Assembly: GCA_021268355.1 (NCBI GenBank)
Contig: JAJETY010000003.1
Location: forward strand, 36,782-59,434
From: Nitrosopumilus sp.
GTDB lineage: Archaea; Thermoproteota; Nitrososphaeria; Nitrososphaerales; Nitrosopumilaceae
Direction of reading: 5' to 3'
DNA: 22,653 nt
This document shows positions 6,030-15,236 of this stretch, piece by piece; the first letter of the stretch is position 1; each line of letters begins with the position of its first letter. The position numbers and the translations under genes are program-made. The notes under the pieces are model-generated. The model made no database searches, had not been told where the DNA came from, and saw only the letters and a list, made by a program, of their open reading frames with translations.

Positions 6030-6033
6030 ATTA

Positions 6034-6750
6034 TCACTTTAATTGAATTACTGGTTCCTCTTTTCCGATTGGCATTATGATGTCAGCTGGAATTTCAATT
6101 TTTCTATCACCAAGTGATAGAATGACTCTTTTTGGAAGAATGAATGTACCTTCTTCGATACTTTCAATTTTACCAATTTGTCCTGCGTTAATTCCTCTTG
6201 TAACTAATCCATGATTTCCTGTTTCCAGTTTAATCACTTCAAGAATTTTTTGTTCTGGTACTTGAATTAAACATACATCACCAACATTTACTTTGGTATC
6301 TGAAATTGTAGAACGACCATCATGGAATCCAATTTGCATTCTTCCTTTACTGATTGTAGTTTTACTTGTGACTCTAACTAGTTTTTTACTTTTTTCTGAA
6401 TCGTTAATCTTGATTGGTTTAAGTAATTTACCATCTGTTGGTACAAGGCGATAGACATCTCCCACATCTTGTAACTCGACTACATCCATCAAGCCAATTG
6501 CATGATGCAGTGATTTTCTAACAACACCGTCAATCTTTACTCTTCCTGAATAGATTGCAGTCTTTGCTTCTCTAAGACTTGTTACAATTTTTAGCATGTC
6601 TCTGAGAAAAACTGCGGTTGGAACTGCATTGTGTTTTTTGTGTGGTCCTGGTCTTACTGTAATTACAAATCTTTTGTCTTTTCTGGTTATTCCCCAAAAT
6701 TGAGGAGCCATTTGACGTTTGAGTTTTTTACTACCTGAAATACTTACCAT
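6034..6750 (-). CDS. rps4e: 30S ribosomal protein S4e (eS4)
   Basis: 238 aa. N-terminal KKLKRQMAPQFWGI....KRFVITVRPGPH is archaeal/eukaryotic-specific. Confidence 0.95.
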   Translation of the reverse strand: MVSISGSKKLKRQMAPQFWGITRKDKRFVITVRPGPHKKHNAVPTAVFLRDMLKIVTSLREAKTAIYSGRVKIDGVVRKSLHHAIGLMDVVELQDVGDVYRLVPTDGKLLKPIKINDSEKSKKLVRVTSKTTISKGRMQIGFHDGRSTISDTKVNVGDVCLIQVPEQKILEVIKLETGNHGLVTRGINAGQIGKIESIEEGTFILPKRVILSLGDRKIEIPADIIMPIGKEEPVIQLK

Positions 6751-7163
6751 TACTTCTCATCTTCCTTTTTTTCGGATTCTTTTACCACTTTTGTTTCTTT
6801 AGGCTGTTTGCTTGGGTTTTTACCCTCAAGTTTTGCCATTCTCCATTTGTCTTCAGTGTTAAGTGATGTAACTACCAAGTTTGATGTGTGAATAAACACA
6901 TCAAATTTGTCTCCTTTTGTTTTTTCTTTCTTTACTCCTTCGATTGCAACACTGCTTTTTTCTGTAGATACTTCTGATACTTTGCCATCTACTCCTTTGA
7001 ATTCTCCTCTAAGAATAGTGACACTGTCACCTTCAATTACTCTAACACTTTTTTTTCCATATTTTTTGTGAAGATCTTTGGAAAGTGCACTTCCTAATTG
7101 TTTACTTTTAGTTTGATATGATGCACGATAAATCATCTGGTTACGCATTTTTGTTGGTTTCAT
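6750..7163 (-). CDS. rpl24: 50S ribosomal protein L24 (uL24) with K/E-rich C-terminal tail
   Basis: 137 aa with a KOW-type segment [24 protein letters not shown], in the expected operon position. Confidence 0.92.
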   Translation of the reverse strand: MKPTKMRNQMIYRASYQTKSKQLGSALSKDLHKKYGKKSVRVIEGDSVTILRGEFKGVDGKVSEVSTEKSSVAIEGVKKEKTKGDKFDVFIHTSNLVVTSLNTEDKWRMAKLEGKNPSKQPKETKVVKESEKKEDEK

Positions 7164-7167
7164 TTTC

Positions 7168-7590
7168 TTATACCACCATTGATGCCAAGTTAGCTACTCT
7201 TGGCCATTTCTCTGAAGCTTCTGCTGCAACTGGTCCTTTGATGTCTGTTCCTTTGGTTTCTCCTTCTGGTGTGATTAACACTGCTGCATTATCCTCAAAA
7301 CAAACTCTTACACCGTTTAATCTTCTAACTGGATACTTTTGTCTAATTATAACTGCACCATATACTTGCTTTCTTAACTCTGCTGGTCCTTTCTTTACAA
7401 CAACATTGCAAAAGTCTCCAACTGATGCTGATGGCAATCTAGATGATCTTGTTTTGTGTCTTGGAACGTTAATTACTTCTAAAATTTTTGCACCGGAATT
7501 ATCTGCACATACAATATTTGCTCCAACAGGAATTACTTTGGTTACATATGGACGGAATTCTTCTACTCCTTTACCAGCTTGTTTTGCCAT
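7168..7590 (-). CDS. rpl14: 50S ribosomal protein L14 (uL14)
   Basis: 140 aa with the CADNSGAK motif. Confidence 0.95.
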   Translation of the reverse strand: MAKQAGKGVEEFRPYVTKVIPVGANIVCADNSGAKILEVINVPRHKTRSSRLPSASVGDFCNVVVKKGPAELRKQVYGAVIIRQKYPVRRLNGVRVCFEDNAAVLITPEGETKGTDIKGPVAAEASEKWPRVANLASMVV

Positions 7591-7913
7591 TATGATCTAA
7601 CCTCCACAACAACATATGATACTGATTTTGAAATTGGTCTGCATTCTGCAGTCAATACGTTATCTCCTGATTCAACATCAATACATGCTGGAACATGTGC
7701 ATGAATGCTACTCTTTCCTCTTGCATATCTCTTGAATTTGTTAAAGTAAATTGGTGCATCCTTTTGTAGGGTGATTGTCTGTCTTGCTTTGTTTCCTGTA
7801 ACTTTTCCATCAAATAGTTTGCCTCTAATTGCCAATTCACCATGGAATGGACAGTGTTTGTCTGTGCATTCTCTTTTAGGTTCTTTTACTTTCAATCCAA
7901 TGTTTCTAGTCAT
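7590..7913 (-). CDS. rps17: 30S ribosomal protein S17 (uS17)
   Basis: 107 aa with the C.D..CPFHG.L..RG motif. Confidence 0.95.
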   Translation of the reverse strand: MTRNIGLKVKEPKRECTDKHCPFHGELAIRGKLFDGKVTGNKARQTITLQKDAPIYFNKFKRYARGKSSIHAHVPACIDVESGDNVLTAECRPISKSVSYVVVEVRS

Positions 7914-8176
7914 TTCCTTCCTCCAATTCTGTCAAATGGTCTTTTTGCTATTTTGGAACCTTCCACAATAACTTCTGTATTGTCAATTGAGAATTTCCAG
8001 TTGCTTGTTGATTTTGCAATTGATCTCTTACCATTTTCTGTGTTAATTGTAAACATTGATTTTGTTTCATTTTCGATTCTTCCATTTAATCCTATTACTT
8101 GGGAATTTGTTGATTCTACAATCTGGGTGTTTAATCCTATAAATTCATGTGACATGATGTTGTTTGCTGTGATCAT
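7910..8176 (-). CDS. rnp1: RNase P protein component 1 (Rpp29/Pop4)
   Basis: 88 aa. EFIGLNTQIVESTN...IGLNGRIENETKSMF matches the Rpp29 Sm-like barrel signature. It sits in the classic archaeal position between L29 and S17. Confidence 0.85.
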   Translation of the reverse strand: MITANNIMSHEFIGLNTQIVESTNSQVIGLNGRIENETKSMFTINTENGKRSIAKSTSNWKFSIDNTEVIVEGSKIAKRPFDRIGGRK

Positions 8177-8379
8177 TTCTCTTTTTTCATCTCGTTTAGT
8201 CTAGTTAACATTCTTGCTATGTCGTGTCTGATTGGTCTTAGTTTTCCACTTTCTTTTCTAAGTGTACCTTTAGCAGCGTCTACTCTAAGTTTTGCAAGTT
8301 CACTTCTTGATTCTTGGATCTTGCTTTTTAGATCTTTTTCGTTAAGTTGTTTAATTGTCTTCATACTGATTCTGGTCAT
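8173..8379 (-). CDS. rpl29: 50S ribosomal protein L29 (uL29)
   Basis: 68 aa, helical and basic, with L.EL..LR and related motifs, in the expected operon position. Confidence 0.92.
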   Translation of the reverse strand: MTRISMKTIKQLNEKDLKSKIQESRSELAKLRVDAAKGTLRKESGKLRPIRHDIARMLTRLNEMKKEK

Positions 8380-9131
8380 TTAAGTTGAGCCTCCTCTTCT
8401 TCTAATGTTTCTAATTCCTTCATCTTTTCTTCTTCCATTGCAATTTGTTCTGATTCGGTTCTTGCTTTCTTCTCTGCTGCTGTCTCATCTCTCATCTTAC
8501 CAGTTTCTGCATCTTTAACTTGCTTTGCCTTCTTTGGTTTTTCTGATTTCATTTCAAATTCTGGAACAAATTTCTCTTTTCTTGCAATTCTAATTCTAAT
8601 TCCAATTAATCCCATGGCTGTATTGACATGTGCAATGTCTTCAGCAACTATTACTTCTGCATGATGACCTGCTCTTGGCAATATTCCTGCTGTGTGTTTT
8701 TCAAAAGCAGAACGGTCACCTCTAAGTTTACCTGAAATTGTAATCTGAACGCCCATGGCACCGTTCTCCATAATTTGTTTTAGTGTCCACATTGTAGCTC
8801 TTCTGAATGCTGTACCCCTTTCAAGATGTGAAGCCATTCTGTTACACATTACACTAGGAGATAACTCTGGTTTTTCAATCTCCACAACTGAAATTTGTGG
8901 ATTTTTTAATCCAAAGTCTGTTGCTAGTTTATCTGTAAGATCTCTAATTCCAGAACCTTTTCTTCCAATTACTATTCCTGGTCTTGTAACATGCAGTGCA
9001 ACTCTTGTACCTGTTGGTGTTTTTGAAATCTCTGCATGAGAAAATCCTGCTTCTTTGATTGCATCTCTCAGATAATCTTTGAGTAGCATCATGTTATAGT
9101 TGTCTTTAATTACATTTTTTACAGATGACAT
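8376..9131 (-). CDS. rps3: 30S ribosomal protein S3 (uS3) with K/E-rich C-terminal extension
   Basis: 251 aa with a KH-domain segment [25 protein letters not shown]. Confidence 0.95.
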   Translation of the reverse strand: MSSVKNVIKDNYNMMLLKDYLRDAIKEAGFSHAEISKTPTGTRVALHVTRPGIVIGRKGSGIRDLTDKLATDFGLKNPQISVVEIEKPELSPSVMCNRMASHLERGTAFRRATMWTLKQIMENGAMGVQITISGKLRGDRSAFEKHTAGILPRAGHHAEVIVAEDIAHVNTAMGLIGIRIRIARKEKFVPEFEMKSEKPKKAKQVKDAETGKMRDETAAEKKARTESEQIAMEEEKMKELETLEEEEAQLK

Positions 9132-9133
9132 TT

Positions 9134-9601
9134 CTAAATCTCCTGGGCCACCAATTCTACATGAGTTAATACATTGTTCTTAGGAGTTGCTCTTCCCATT
9201 GCTCTTGGGATGAATCTCTTTACAATTACTCCTTTGTGAACAGTTGCGTTTACGATCTTTAATCTATCTAAATCCATTCCTTTGTATTCTGCATTTGATT
9301 CTAAATTATCTAAAACTTTGATGAATTCTTTTGCTGTTTTTTGTGGATAACGTCCAGCCATCATACCTGGATCTGCTTTATGTCCAACTTGATTATTGTA
9401 TCTTCTAAATGCGACTGCTCTGTCTTTGTTAACTACTGATTGAAGATAATCTCTTGCTTTTTCAATTGATAGACCCTTAATTGCTACTGCAACTTCTCTT
9501 GCATGTTTGTGTGAAATGTCTTTTTCTCTTAATGATGAACGTACATGTCTTGTTGCATCATAATTTTGGAAAGCGTAACCGAATCTACTCATTACAATCA
9601 C
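9134..9601 (-). CDS. rpl22: 50S ribosomal protein L22 (uL22)
   Basis: 155 aa in the expected operon position, with A.A.IKG......A..YL and G.A..K motifs. The true start may be Met4. Confidence 0.93.
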   Translation of the reverse strand: MIVMSRFGYAFQNYDATRHVRSSLREKDISHKHAREVAVAIKGLSIEKARDYLQSVVNKDRAVAFRRYNNQVGHKADPGMMAGRYPQKTAKEFIKVLDNLESNAEYKGMDLDRLKIVNATVHKGVIVKRFIPRAMGRATPKNNVLTHVELVAQEI

Positions 9602-9993
9602 TTCAATGGTACGTAAAGGCTGGATCTTGATGCTCCGACACCTGGTGCGCCGTGTGATACCTTCTTGTTTGTTATGACATATTCTCCCAAATAATGACCA
9701 ATCATTTCAGTTCTAATTGGAACTGGTCGGAAATCTTTTCCTGAGAAAACATTTACTGTAACATCTACCATGTATGGTAGTATGATCAAATCTCTAACGT
9801 GAGTTTTGATTGGGTTTTTTAATTTGCCTGCTTTTGCTGCCTTGATCTCTTCAATTAGTTTTCTTTTACCATCGTTAATACCTCTGGTAAGAGATCTTCT
9901 TTGTCTTGCATTGAATAATTGGAATAATTTTTCTAATGACATATTGTCAAGTTCTTCTTTTGGAATTCCTCTGTATGAAAATTCTTTAACCAT
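9598..9993 (-). CDS. rps19: 30S ribosomal protein S19 (uS19)
   Basis: 131 aa. FSYRGIP..EL and GHYLGEY..T.K.V.HG.PG signatures. GGTGA lies 9 nt upstream of the ATG. Confidence 0.95.
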   Translation of the reverse strand: MVKEFSYRGIPKEELDNMSLEKLFQLFNARQRRSLTRGINDGKRKLIEEIKAAKAGKLKNPIKTHVRDLIILPYMVDVTVNVFSGKDFRPVPIRTEMIGHYLGEYVITNKKVSHGAPGVGASRSSLYVPLK

Positions 9994-10020
9994 TTTTGTT
10001 CTTCACCTTCTAGCTCCCTA

Positions 10021-10287
10021 TTATAGCATTCCTATCTTTGTTGCGAGGTCTCTGGCTTTTTCTGTATTTTCGAACTGAACGAATGCTTTCTTACCGTAAA
10101 TGGTTCTGGCTGTATTGACATTGATGACTTTTTCATTGTATAATGTGTTAACTGCATCGGCAATCTCTGGTTTACTTGCTGATCTCTCTACTATGAAACA
10201 AATCTTACTTTCATTTTCTACCATTGCGAACGTCTTTTCAGTAATGTATGGTTTGATTATGATTTTACTTGCTTGATCTACATTCAT
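10021..10287 (-). CDS. rpl23: 50S ribosomal protein L23 (uL23)
   Basis: 88 aa with I.KPYITEK motifs, positioned after L4. Confidence 0.92.
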   Translation of the reverse strand: MNVDQASKIIIKPYITEKTFAMVENESKICFIVERSASKPEIADAVNTLYNEKVINVNTARTIYGKKAFVQFENTEKARDLATKIGML

Positions 10288-11099
10288 TGTACTTTCGCCA
10301 TTACCTCTAGATGTGTTGATTTAATTTTTCCAATCTCTTCAATTGCAGATTTGGAATAAACGGTTAATCTAATTGGATCTGAGCCTGGAGCCAAATCTAA
10401 AACGCTCAAATCTTTGACACTTTTTGCTTCTACACCTGGTATTGCACCAATTGCTTTTGAAATATTTGATGCATCTTTAGTTACAAACAAAACACTCTTT
10501 CCAACTTTTTTGCTTCTACCTCTAAGTCTTGATTGACCAGAACGTGGTTTTCTTGATTGTAATCTCTGTACATCCTGTGTTAGTTTTAATGAATCAAGTA
10601 TTTTGGAAATTTCACTAGTTTTAGATACTGATTCAATGTCGTCTGAAACAACTATTGGGAATGATTCTATTCCTTCCACTTTATGCCCTCTAGATTCAAC
10701 TCTCTTTTTTGATGCTGTTGCAGCAATTGCAGAACATAATGCAAGTTTCTTTTCTTTCTTGTTTAATTTTTTATAAATTACTTTGTCGACAATTGGTGGA
10801 TGTGCTTGTCTTCCACCTCTAGTTGATGCAACTTCTGCACCTTGTCCTTGTCTTCCACCACCTCCGCCTTGGGCTCTGGCAACACGAGATACACCTTGAC
10901 CTGTTGGTGGATCGTTAGAATCTGCAACTACATCTTGTCCTGCAGTTGGATGTCTTCCCTGTGGTTGGAATTTGTGTGATGTTAAATTAGTGAAAGCTTT
11001 GTGAATCAATTCTTTTCTAAATGGAGTGGAGAATACAATAGGTAGTTCTACTTCTCCATCTTTTGTTCCTGTTGTTGTAAATACTGAAGCTTTGGTCAT
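10284..11099 (-). CDS. rpl4: 50S ribosomal protein L4 (uL4)
   Basis: 271 aa with a glycine-rich loop GGGGGRQGQGAEVASTRGGRQAHPP, positioned after L3. Confidence 0.95.
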   Translation of the reverse strand: MTKASVFTTTGTKDGEVELPIVFSTPFRKELIHKAFTNLTSHKFQPQGRHPTAGQDVVADSNDPPTGQGVSRVARAQGGGGGRQGQGAEVASTRGGRQAHPPIVDKVIYKKLNKKEKKLALCSAIAATASKKRVESRGHKVEGIESFPIVVSDDIESVSKTSEISKILDSLKLTQDVQRLQSRKPRSGQSRLRGRSKKVGKSVLFVTKDASNISKAIGAIPGVEAKSVKDLSVLDLAPGSDPIRLTVYSKSAIEEIGKIKSTHLEVMAKVQ

Positions 11100-12091
11100 A
11101 TTACTACCTCTAAAATATTTGGTTTATTGACTTTGGCAGGAACATTTCTAATTTGACTTCTTAATTTGATTAATCTTTTGTATGTTCCGGGAACTGAACC
11201 TTTTAGAACAATAAAGTCTCCTTTAACTAAACCAAAGTGTTTGTATCCGCCATCTGGATTAATTTTTAATTTGTCGTCTTCAGTATTACCCATAATCATA
11301 ATTCTTTTGTCATACTCGATTCTTTGATGGAATCCAAATTGTCCAGCTCTTGGAACTGTATACATGACACTTTGTGGTGAAATTGGACCAAGTGAACCAA
11401 CTTCTCTTACAGTTTTTCTTGATTTGTGTTGCTTCTTTTTTACGTGCCATCTTTTCAAAACACCTTGCCAACCTTTACCTTTTGTAATTGCTGCAACATC
11501 AACACTAGCACCTGTTTCAAAAATCTGATCTATCTTGATTTCTTTTCCAAGTAATTCTTTTACATGTGCAAATTGTTTTGGAATATCTCCTCCACTTACT
11601 GAAGCCTCAAAAACATATGGTTTCTTTTGTTCTAATCCTGCATCACTTGGTGATACTGCAACAATTGCAAAAATCTCTTTAATCTTTTTCAAACTTTTTT
11701 CAGCATTGTCAATTGCGTTTTCTTGTTTATTCTTTAATGAAATTTCTTTTGCAATATTTTTTGGAATATCTTCTGCATAAACATCAAACTCTGCATGTAA
11801 TCCATCATGATCTTTTGAATAACCTCTAATTCCTAAAATTAAAACTGGTGGTGTAACTAAAACGGTTCCTAGACTTACTAGTTGTTTTCCTGCATTGGGT
11901 ACTTTTTCACGATCATCAATGCTGACAATCTGTACACATCCTGCTTTGAATCCGCAATGGGCTAAAATTTTTGGTTCTTCAGAATCTAATTTTGGCCATG
12001 CTCTGATTCTTGCCTCCATGCTTTTTGCACGTGCTCTAGGTGAATAAGCAAGGCTTCCTCTACGTGGCTGATGTCTTTTTCTAGCACCCAT
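11096..12091 (-). CDS. rpl3: 50S ribosomal protein L3 (uL3)
   Basis: 331 aa. HQPRRGSLAYSPR N-terminus and the KGKGWQGV motif. First gene of the operon. Confidence 0.95.
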   Translation of the reverse strand: MGARKRHQPRRGSLAYSPRARAKSMEARIRAWPKLDSEEPKILAHCGFKAGCVQIVSIDDREKVPNAGKQLVSLGTVLVTPPVLILGIRGYSKDHDGLHAEFDVYAEDIPKNIAKEISLKNKQENAIDNAEKSLKKIKEIFAIVAVSPSDAGLEQKKPYVFEASVSGGDIPKQFAHVKELLGKEIKIDQIFETGASVDVAAITKGKGWQGVLKRWHVKKKQHKSRKTVREVGSLGPISPQSVMYTVPRAGQFGFHQRIEYDKRIMIMGNTEDDKLKINPDGGYKHFGLVKGDFIVLKGSVPGTYKRLIKLRSQIRNVPAKVNKPNILEVVI

Positions 12092-12118
12092 GACTAACTC
12101 GCATCATCGATAGCCCTC

Positions 12119-12125
12119 TATTAAA
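12119..12125 (-). promoter_or_regulatory. TATA-like TTTAATA upstream of rpl3 (candidate operon promoter)
   Basis: Lies 27-34 nt upstream of the L3 ATG, in the only sizeable spacer (12092-12183) at the head of the operon. Position-based inference only. Confidence 0.3.
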
Positions 12126-12183
12126 CCATGTGAGATATCGTTAACCTCTAAAAAAATACTAGTTAACCAACTGAGCCTAAAAT

Positions 12184-12294
12184 TCAAGGATAAAGAACTT
12201 CGTTTAACATATTCCAAATTGTGATTGTACCAATTACAATTCCAGCGACACCGACTCCAATTGCCAACAACAAAAAATTTTTTCTTTCTGCCAT
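12184..12294 (-). CDS. candidate 36-aa single-TM micro-protein (MAERKNFLLLAIGVGVAGIVIGTITIWNMLNEVLYP)
   Basis: Hand-translated. The ATG lies 2 nt after the stop of the SPOUT gene (TAGTCATG). It has a clean hydrophobic helix, and is preferred over the overlapping 70-aa ORF 12104-12316, which has W/C/R/N-rich composition. Confidence 0.4.
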   Translation of the reverse strand: MAERKNFLLLAIGVGVAGIVIGTITIWNMLNEVLYP

Positions 12295-12296
12295 GA

Positions 12297-13109
12297 CTAT
12301 GATACACTTTGGGCATTAATTATGGATAATGTACCTAACAATGCTTCTTCTAGGCGAACTGTTTGTGTTGCTTGATTTGGAAAAAAGTTGAGTGACTTGG
12401 CATTTTGTACATTTTTCATCTTTCCACCGAGGATCTCGTGAATGCCTTTTTCAGGTGATCCAAACACAACCAGTGTTGGCTGATCAGATTTTGTATACTT
12501 TGTAATTTGCTCCTTTGTGGCAGTTTTACCTTTTCTTGATGTGAGAATTATGTTTCCTTTCCATTCAGATAACAACGAAAACAGATTTGCTCTCTCTTTG
12601 ACAGCATATCCCCAATAATCGGGTGCCTCGTTTCTGTTGATTTCTTTAATTGAGAAATTTGGGTACCCTTCCTTGAATTGTACTGTTACTCTTTTTCCCA
12701 TTGATGTTTTACCAAAGAACGGAATCAATTGGTTAATTCCTACATCGACAAATCTTTTTCCTTTAACGCTTACCACAATTCCTTCTCTGACATCCCCTTT
12801 ACTGATCTTTTTTGGATTGGCTGGAGTAACATGACTTGGGATTCTCAGAGGTTGTAATACGCCTGCAAATTTTAAATCATTTACTTTGGAAAATAATCTA
12901 CGTCTCAAAAATTGTGGTGTTTCTAAATATTTGAGAATCATTATCATTAAATTTCCATCTTCTTTATGGTTTCCTTCTTGATACACATAGATTGTATCAA
13001 CCTTAAAAATTGCGCATGCTCTTGCTAGAACTGAGATTTTTCTTGTCTTGTCTATTTTTAGTGATTCATCGGATAATGATGATTCCGGAATTGCAACAGA
13101 TATTTTCAA
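12297..13109 (-). CDS. SPOUT-superfamily putative RNA methyltransferase (DUF171 / COG2106-like), apparent TTG start
   Basis: 270 aa. The N-terminal ISVAIPESSLSDE......KT.KIS.LARACAIFKVD.IYVY resembles the DUF171/C9orf114 family signature. Confidence 0.7.
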   Translation of the reverse strand: MKISVAIPESSLSDESLKIDKTRKISVLARACAIFKVDTIYVYQEGNHKEDGNLMIMILKYLETPQFLRRRLFSKVNDLKFAGVLQPLRIPSHVTPANPKKISKGDVREGIVVSVKGKRFVDVGINQLIPFFGKTSMGKRVTVQFKEGYPNFSIKEINRNEAPDYWGYAVKERANLFSLLSEWKGNIILTSRKGKTATKEQITKYTKSDQPTLVVFGSPEKGIHEILGGKMKNVQNAKSLNFFPNQATQTVRLEEALLGTLSIINAQSVS

Positions 13110-13140
13110 TATAATCGAGTCTCACAAACACTAAAAATAA

Positions 13141-13878
13141 TTAATTTTTATCGTGTGGATAATTTTGCTTTGCAGAATTTGCATAATTTGCAACATGCTC
13201 ATCTGAAACTATTTCGTACAACCCGGTCTCTGTTTTGATGTGTGCCATTCTGATGTGTCCTGTTCCTTCTTTATCTTCACTTGAAAGATAAATTCCAGCT
13301 GCTGCTAATGCTGATGCATCATCTAATGAAAGATCTTTCTTGTATGTTTTTTCTAAAAAGTCAGTTACTTGATCAGACCCAGAACCAATTGCAATTGCAT
13401 CATATGAAATGTATGTTCCACTTGGATCAGTCAGATACAATTGTGGCTTACTTCCAACAACTCCTCCTAGAATTAATGCAACACCAAATGGTCTTACACC
13501 TGCATATTGGGTATATTGTTGAGATTGATCAGCTAAGTGTTTAGCAATAGTTTCAACTTCTACTGGTTCATCATAAATCATTTTGTTACTTTGAGAAAAG
13601 AATCGTGCATTGTCAACTTGACTTCTTGCATCCGGAATGTAACCCGCTGCAGCTACTCCGACATGATCATCAATTTGGAAAATCTTCTGTGCTGTTTTTG
13701 AAATTTGTAGTTTCCTTGGTTTTTCCTCAACTGCAATTACGATACCATCTTTGCATTTTACACCCACTGCAATTGTTCCTCTTCTTACAGTCTCAATTGC
13801 ATATTCAACTTGATATAATCTACCGTCTGGTGAGAACACTGTGATTGCTCTATCGTAACCTTGTTGTGCAGGAAGCAT
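13141..13878 (-). CDS. psmA: proteasome subunit alpha
   Basis: 245 aa. The N-terminal GYDRAITVFSPDGRLYQVEYA is the canonical alpha-subunit signature. Confidence 0.95.
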   Translation of the reverse strand: MLPAQQGYDRAITVFSPDGRLYQVEYAIETVRRGTIAVGVKCKDGIVIAVEEKPRKLQISKTAQKIFQIDDHVGVAAAGYIPDARSQVDNARFFSQSNKMIYDEPVEVETIAKHLADQSQQYTQYAGVRPFGVALILGGVVGSKPQLYLTDPSGTYISYDAIAIGSGSDQVTDFLEKTYKKDLSLDDASALAAAGIYLSSEDKEGTGHIRMAHIKTETGLYEIVSDEHVANYANSAKQNYPHDKN

Positions 13879-13898
13879 TTGATTCCAATACTCTGAAA

Positions 13899-13910
13899 GT
13901 TTAATTTAAG
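13899..13910. promoter_or_regulatory. shared AT-rich TATA-like element GTTTAATTTAAG in the 52-bp divergent spacer
   Basis: Its centre (about 13904/13905) is 26-27 nt from both the psmA ATG (13878, minus) and the DUF371 GTG (13931, plus). Confidence 0.35.
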
Positions 13911-13930
13911 TCTAGCCTATCCAATTTGCC

Positions 13931-14347
13931 GTGAGATTCGAAATTGAATTTTCAGGACATGAAAACATTAGATCCAACCATCAAAAAACTATAGAAATTA
14001 CCAAAGAATCTCATTTAACCCCTCAAGGAGATTGCATTATAGGTGTAAACGCAAATCACGCTTGTTCTGATTTGCCTCAAGATCTAAAAGATAAACTAAA
14101 GGATTCAGACTCAAAAATTACATTTTCCATTGATGTTGGTAATTATAATTTCACTGTGAACGGAAAAGGACACCCTGATCTTATGCTTACTCATAATGAG
14201 GATATTGTAATTAGAAAAAGCGATTTTGTATGTCCTAGAACTCTTGCTGTAAAATGTGATAAAGCATCTGATCTACTACCCAGAGAAATGGTTTCTTTAC
14301 TGCAAGACCCTAAAACCAGAGGTAAATTCACAATCATCATTGATTAA
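13931..14347 (+). CDS. DUF371-family archaeal protein, GTG start
   Basis: 138 aa. F.GHENIRS.H.KTIEITKE..LT..GDCIIGV matches my recollection of the DUF371 signature. Confidence 0.65.
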   Translation: MRFEIEFSGHENIRSNHQKTIEITKESHLTPQGDCIIGVNANHACSDLPQDLKDKLKDSDSKITFSIDVGNYNFTVNGKGHPDLMLTHNEDIVIRKSDFVCPRTLAVKCDKASDLLPREMVSLLQDPKTRGKFTIIID

Positions 14348-14386
14348 AATTGTGACAATTTTATACTGATTAATTGTATTTTGCTT

Positions 14387-14506
14387 ATGGGTTTTAAAAC
14401 TAATTTGTTTATTTTAGTACCTTTAGTAGTATTTGGCACAATAGTTCTTGGAGCAGGAATGTACATGACATTATGTAAAAACACTCTTGTGCCATTGCCT
14501 TGCTGA
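14387..14506 (+). CDS. candidate 39-aa single-TM micro-protein (MGFKTNLFILVPLVVFGTIVLGAGMYMTLCKNTLVPLPC)
   Basis: Hand-translated ORF below the track cutoff, in an otherwise empty 231-bp spacer. It has a clean hydrophobic helix. Confidence 0.35.
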   Translation: MGFKTNLFILVPLVVFGTIVLGAGMYMTLCKNTLVPLPC

Positions 14507-14578
14507 CTTAATAATTTCCATCTTTAGTTAATTCTGATTTATCATGATTTTCTTAAGACATGAAGAATTAGTTTCTAC

Positions 14579-14920
14579 ATGGTAAAACCTACAATTGAGT
14601 TACCAATTTCAAAAAAACCAACTGATTTAGAACTAAAAAAATTGAAAGATTATTTCAAAGAGATGCCCATTGATGAAATTCTTACAGGATTAAAATTTGC
14701 TAAGAATAGATGGTCTGCAAAGGATGCAGGAACTCTAAAGGTCGGTAGAAAGAGCATTATTCAAAAAGAAGTTCATTCTGTAACTACTGAACAAGCTCAA
14801 TGGAGATTAAAAAATTGGAAGATGATGATTGCAAATTATAGACGTCGTGGATATAGCTACCCAACAATATCTAGAATAAAGAAAATACTAATTCAAAAAA
14901 GCAAAAAGAAATCAAAATAG
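14579..14920 (+). CDS. basic hypothetical protein (113 aa)
   Basis: Intact ORF with a Lys/Arg-rich C-terminus. No family recognised. Confidence 0.55.
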   Translation: MVKPTIELPISKKPTDLELKKLKDYFKEMPIDEILTGLKFAKNRWSAKDAGTLKVGRKSIIQKEVHSVTTEQAQWRLKNWKMMIANYRRRGYSYPTISRIKKILIQKSKKKSK

Positions 14921-14958
14921 ATTATTGAGTCCAACCTCTACTGATCAGTTTTTGAATG

Positions 14959-15213
14959 CTAGAAAATTTCATACAAGAAGGGTCTCCCGATAATTTGAAT
15001 AGTAATGAATGAGTTATTTTTACATTGAATATCTCCTGGTTCCACCCCTTCTTTGATTTGTTTAATTGGTGGCAAACTCTTTAGGAATTCTTCTTCATGA
15101 TTGGAAATTATTGATTGAATTCCTGATATCTCTTCAAACTCGTAAATTATCAAGTCGATATAATTTTCTACATCGTATGGGTCTTCTCTTTTATCAAAAC
15201 CTGACCAACCCAT
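14959..15213 (-). CDS. acidic hypothetical protein (84 aa) immediately downstream of cdvB
   Basis: Intact ORF 23 nt downstream of the CdvB stop on the same strand. No family recognised. Confidence 0.55.
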   Translation of the reverse strand: MGWSGFDKREDPYDVENYIDLIIYEFEEISGIQSIISNHEEEFLKSLPPIKQIKEGVEPGDIQCKNNSFITIQIIGRPFLYEIF

Positions 15214-15236
15214 TTCATAATATTCATTAATTCTTT

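Noticed and set aside
7118-8204. Plus-strand ORFs of 120-160 aa (7118-7600, 7842-8204), with similar antisense ORFs at 1432-1626, 2919-3161, 3436-3684, 5761-6024, 7771-7971, 8755-9039, 9806-10078, 11535-11780, 12637-12834, 13281-13844, 15475-15687, 16046-16267, 18534-18725 and 19210-19554, plus the same-strand out-of-frame ORF 7652-7843 inside rps17
   Set aside because: All lie inside confidently identified genes, either antisense or in another frame. Their products are Ser/Leu/Phe-rich, as expected for shadow frames of AT-rich coding DNA.
12104-12316. 70-aa ORF between the SPOUT gene and rpl3
   Set aside because: Its composition is W/C/R/N-rich and unprotein-like, and it overlaps the 3' end of the SPOUT gene. 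The same DNA encodes a much more plausible 36-aa TM peptide in another frame.
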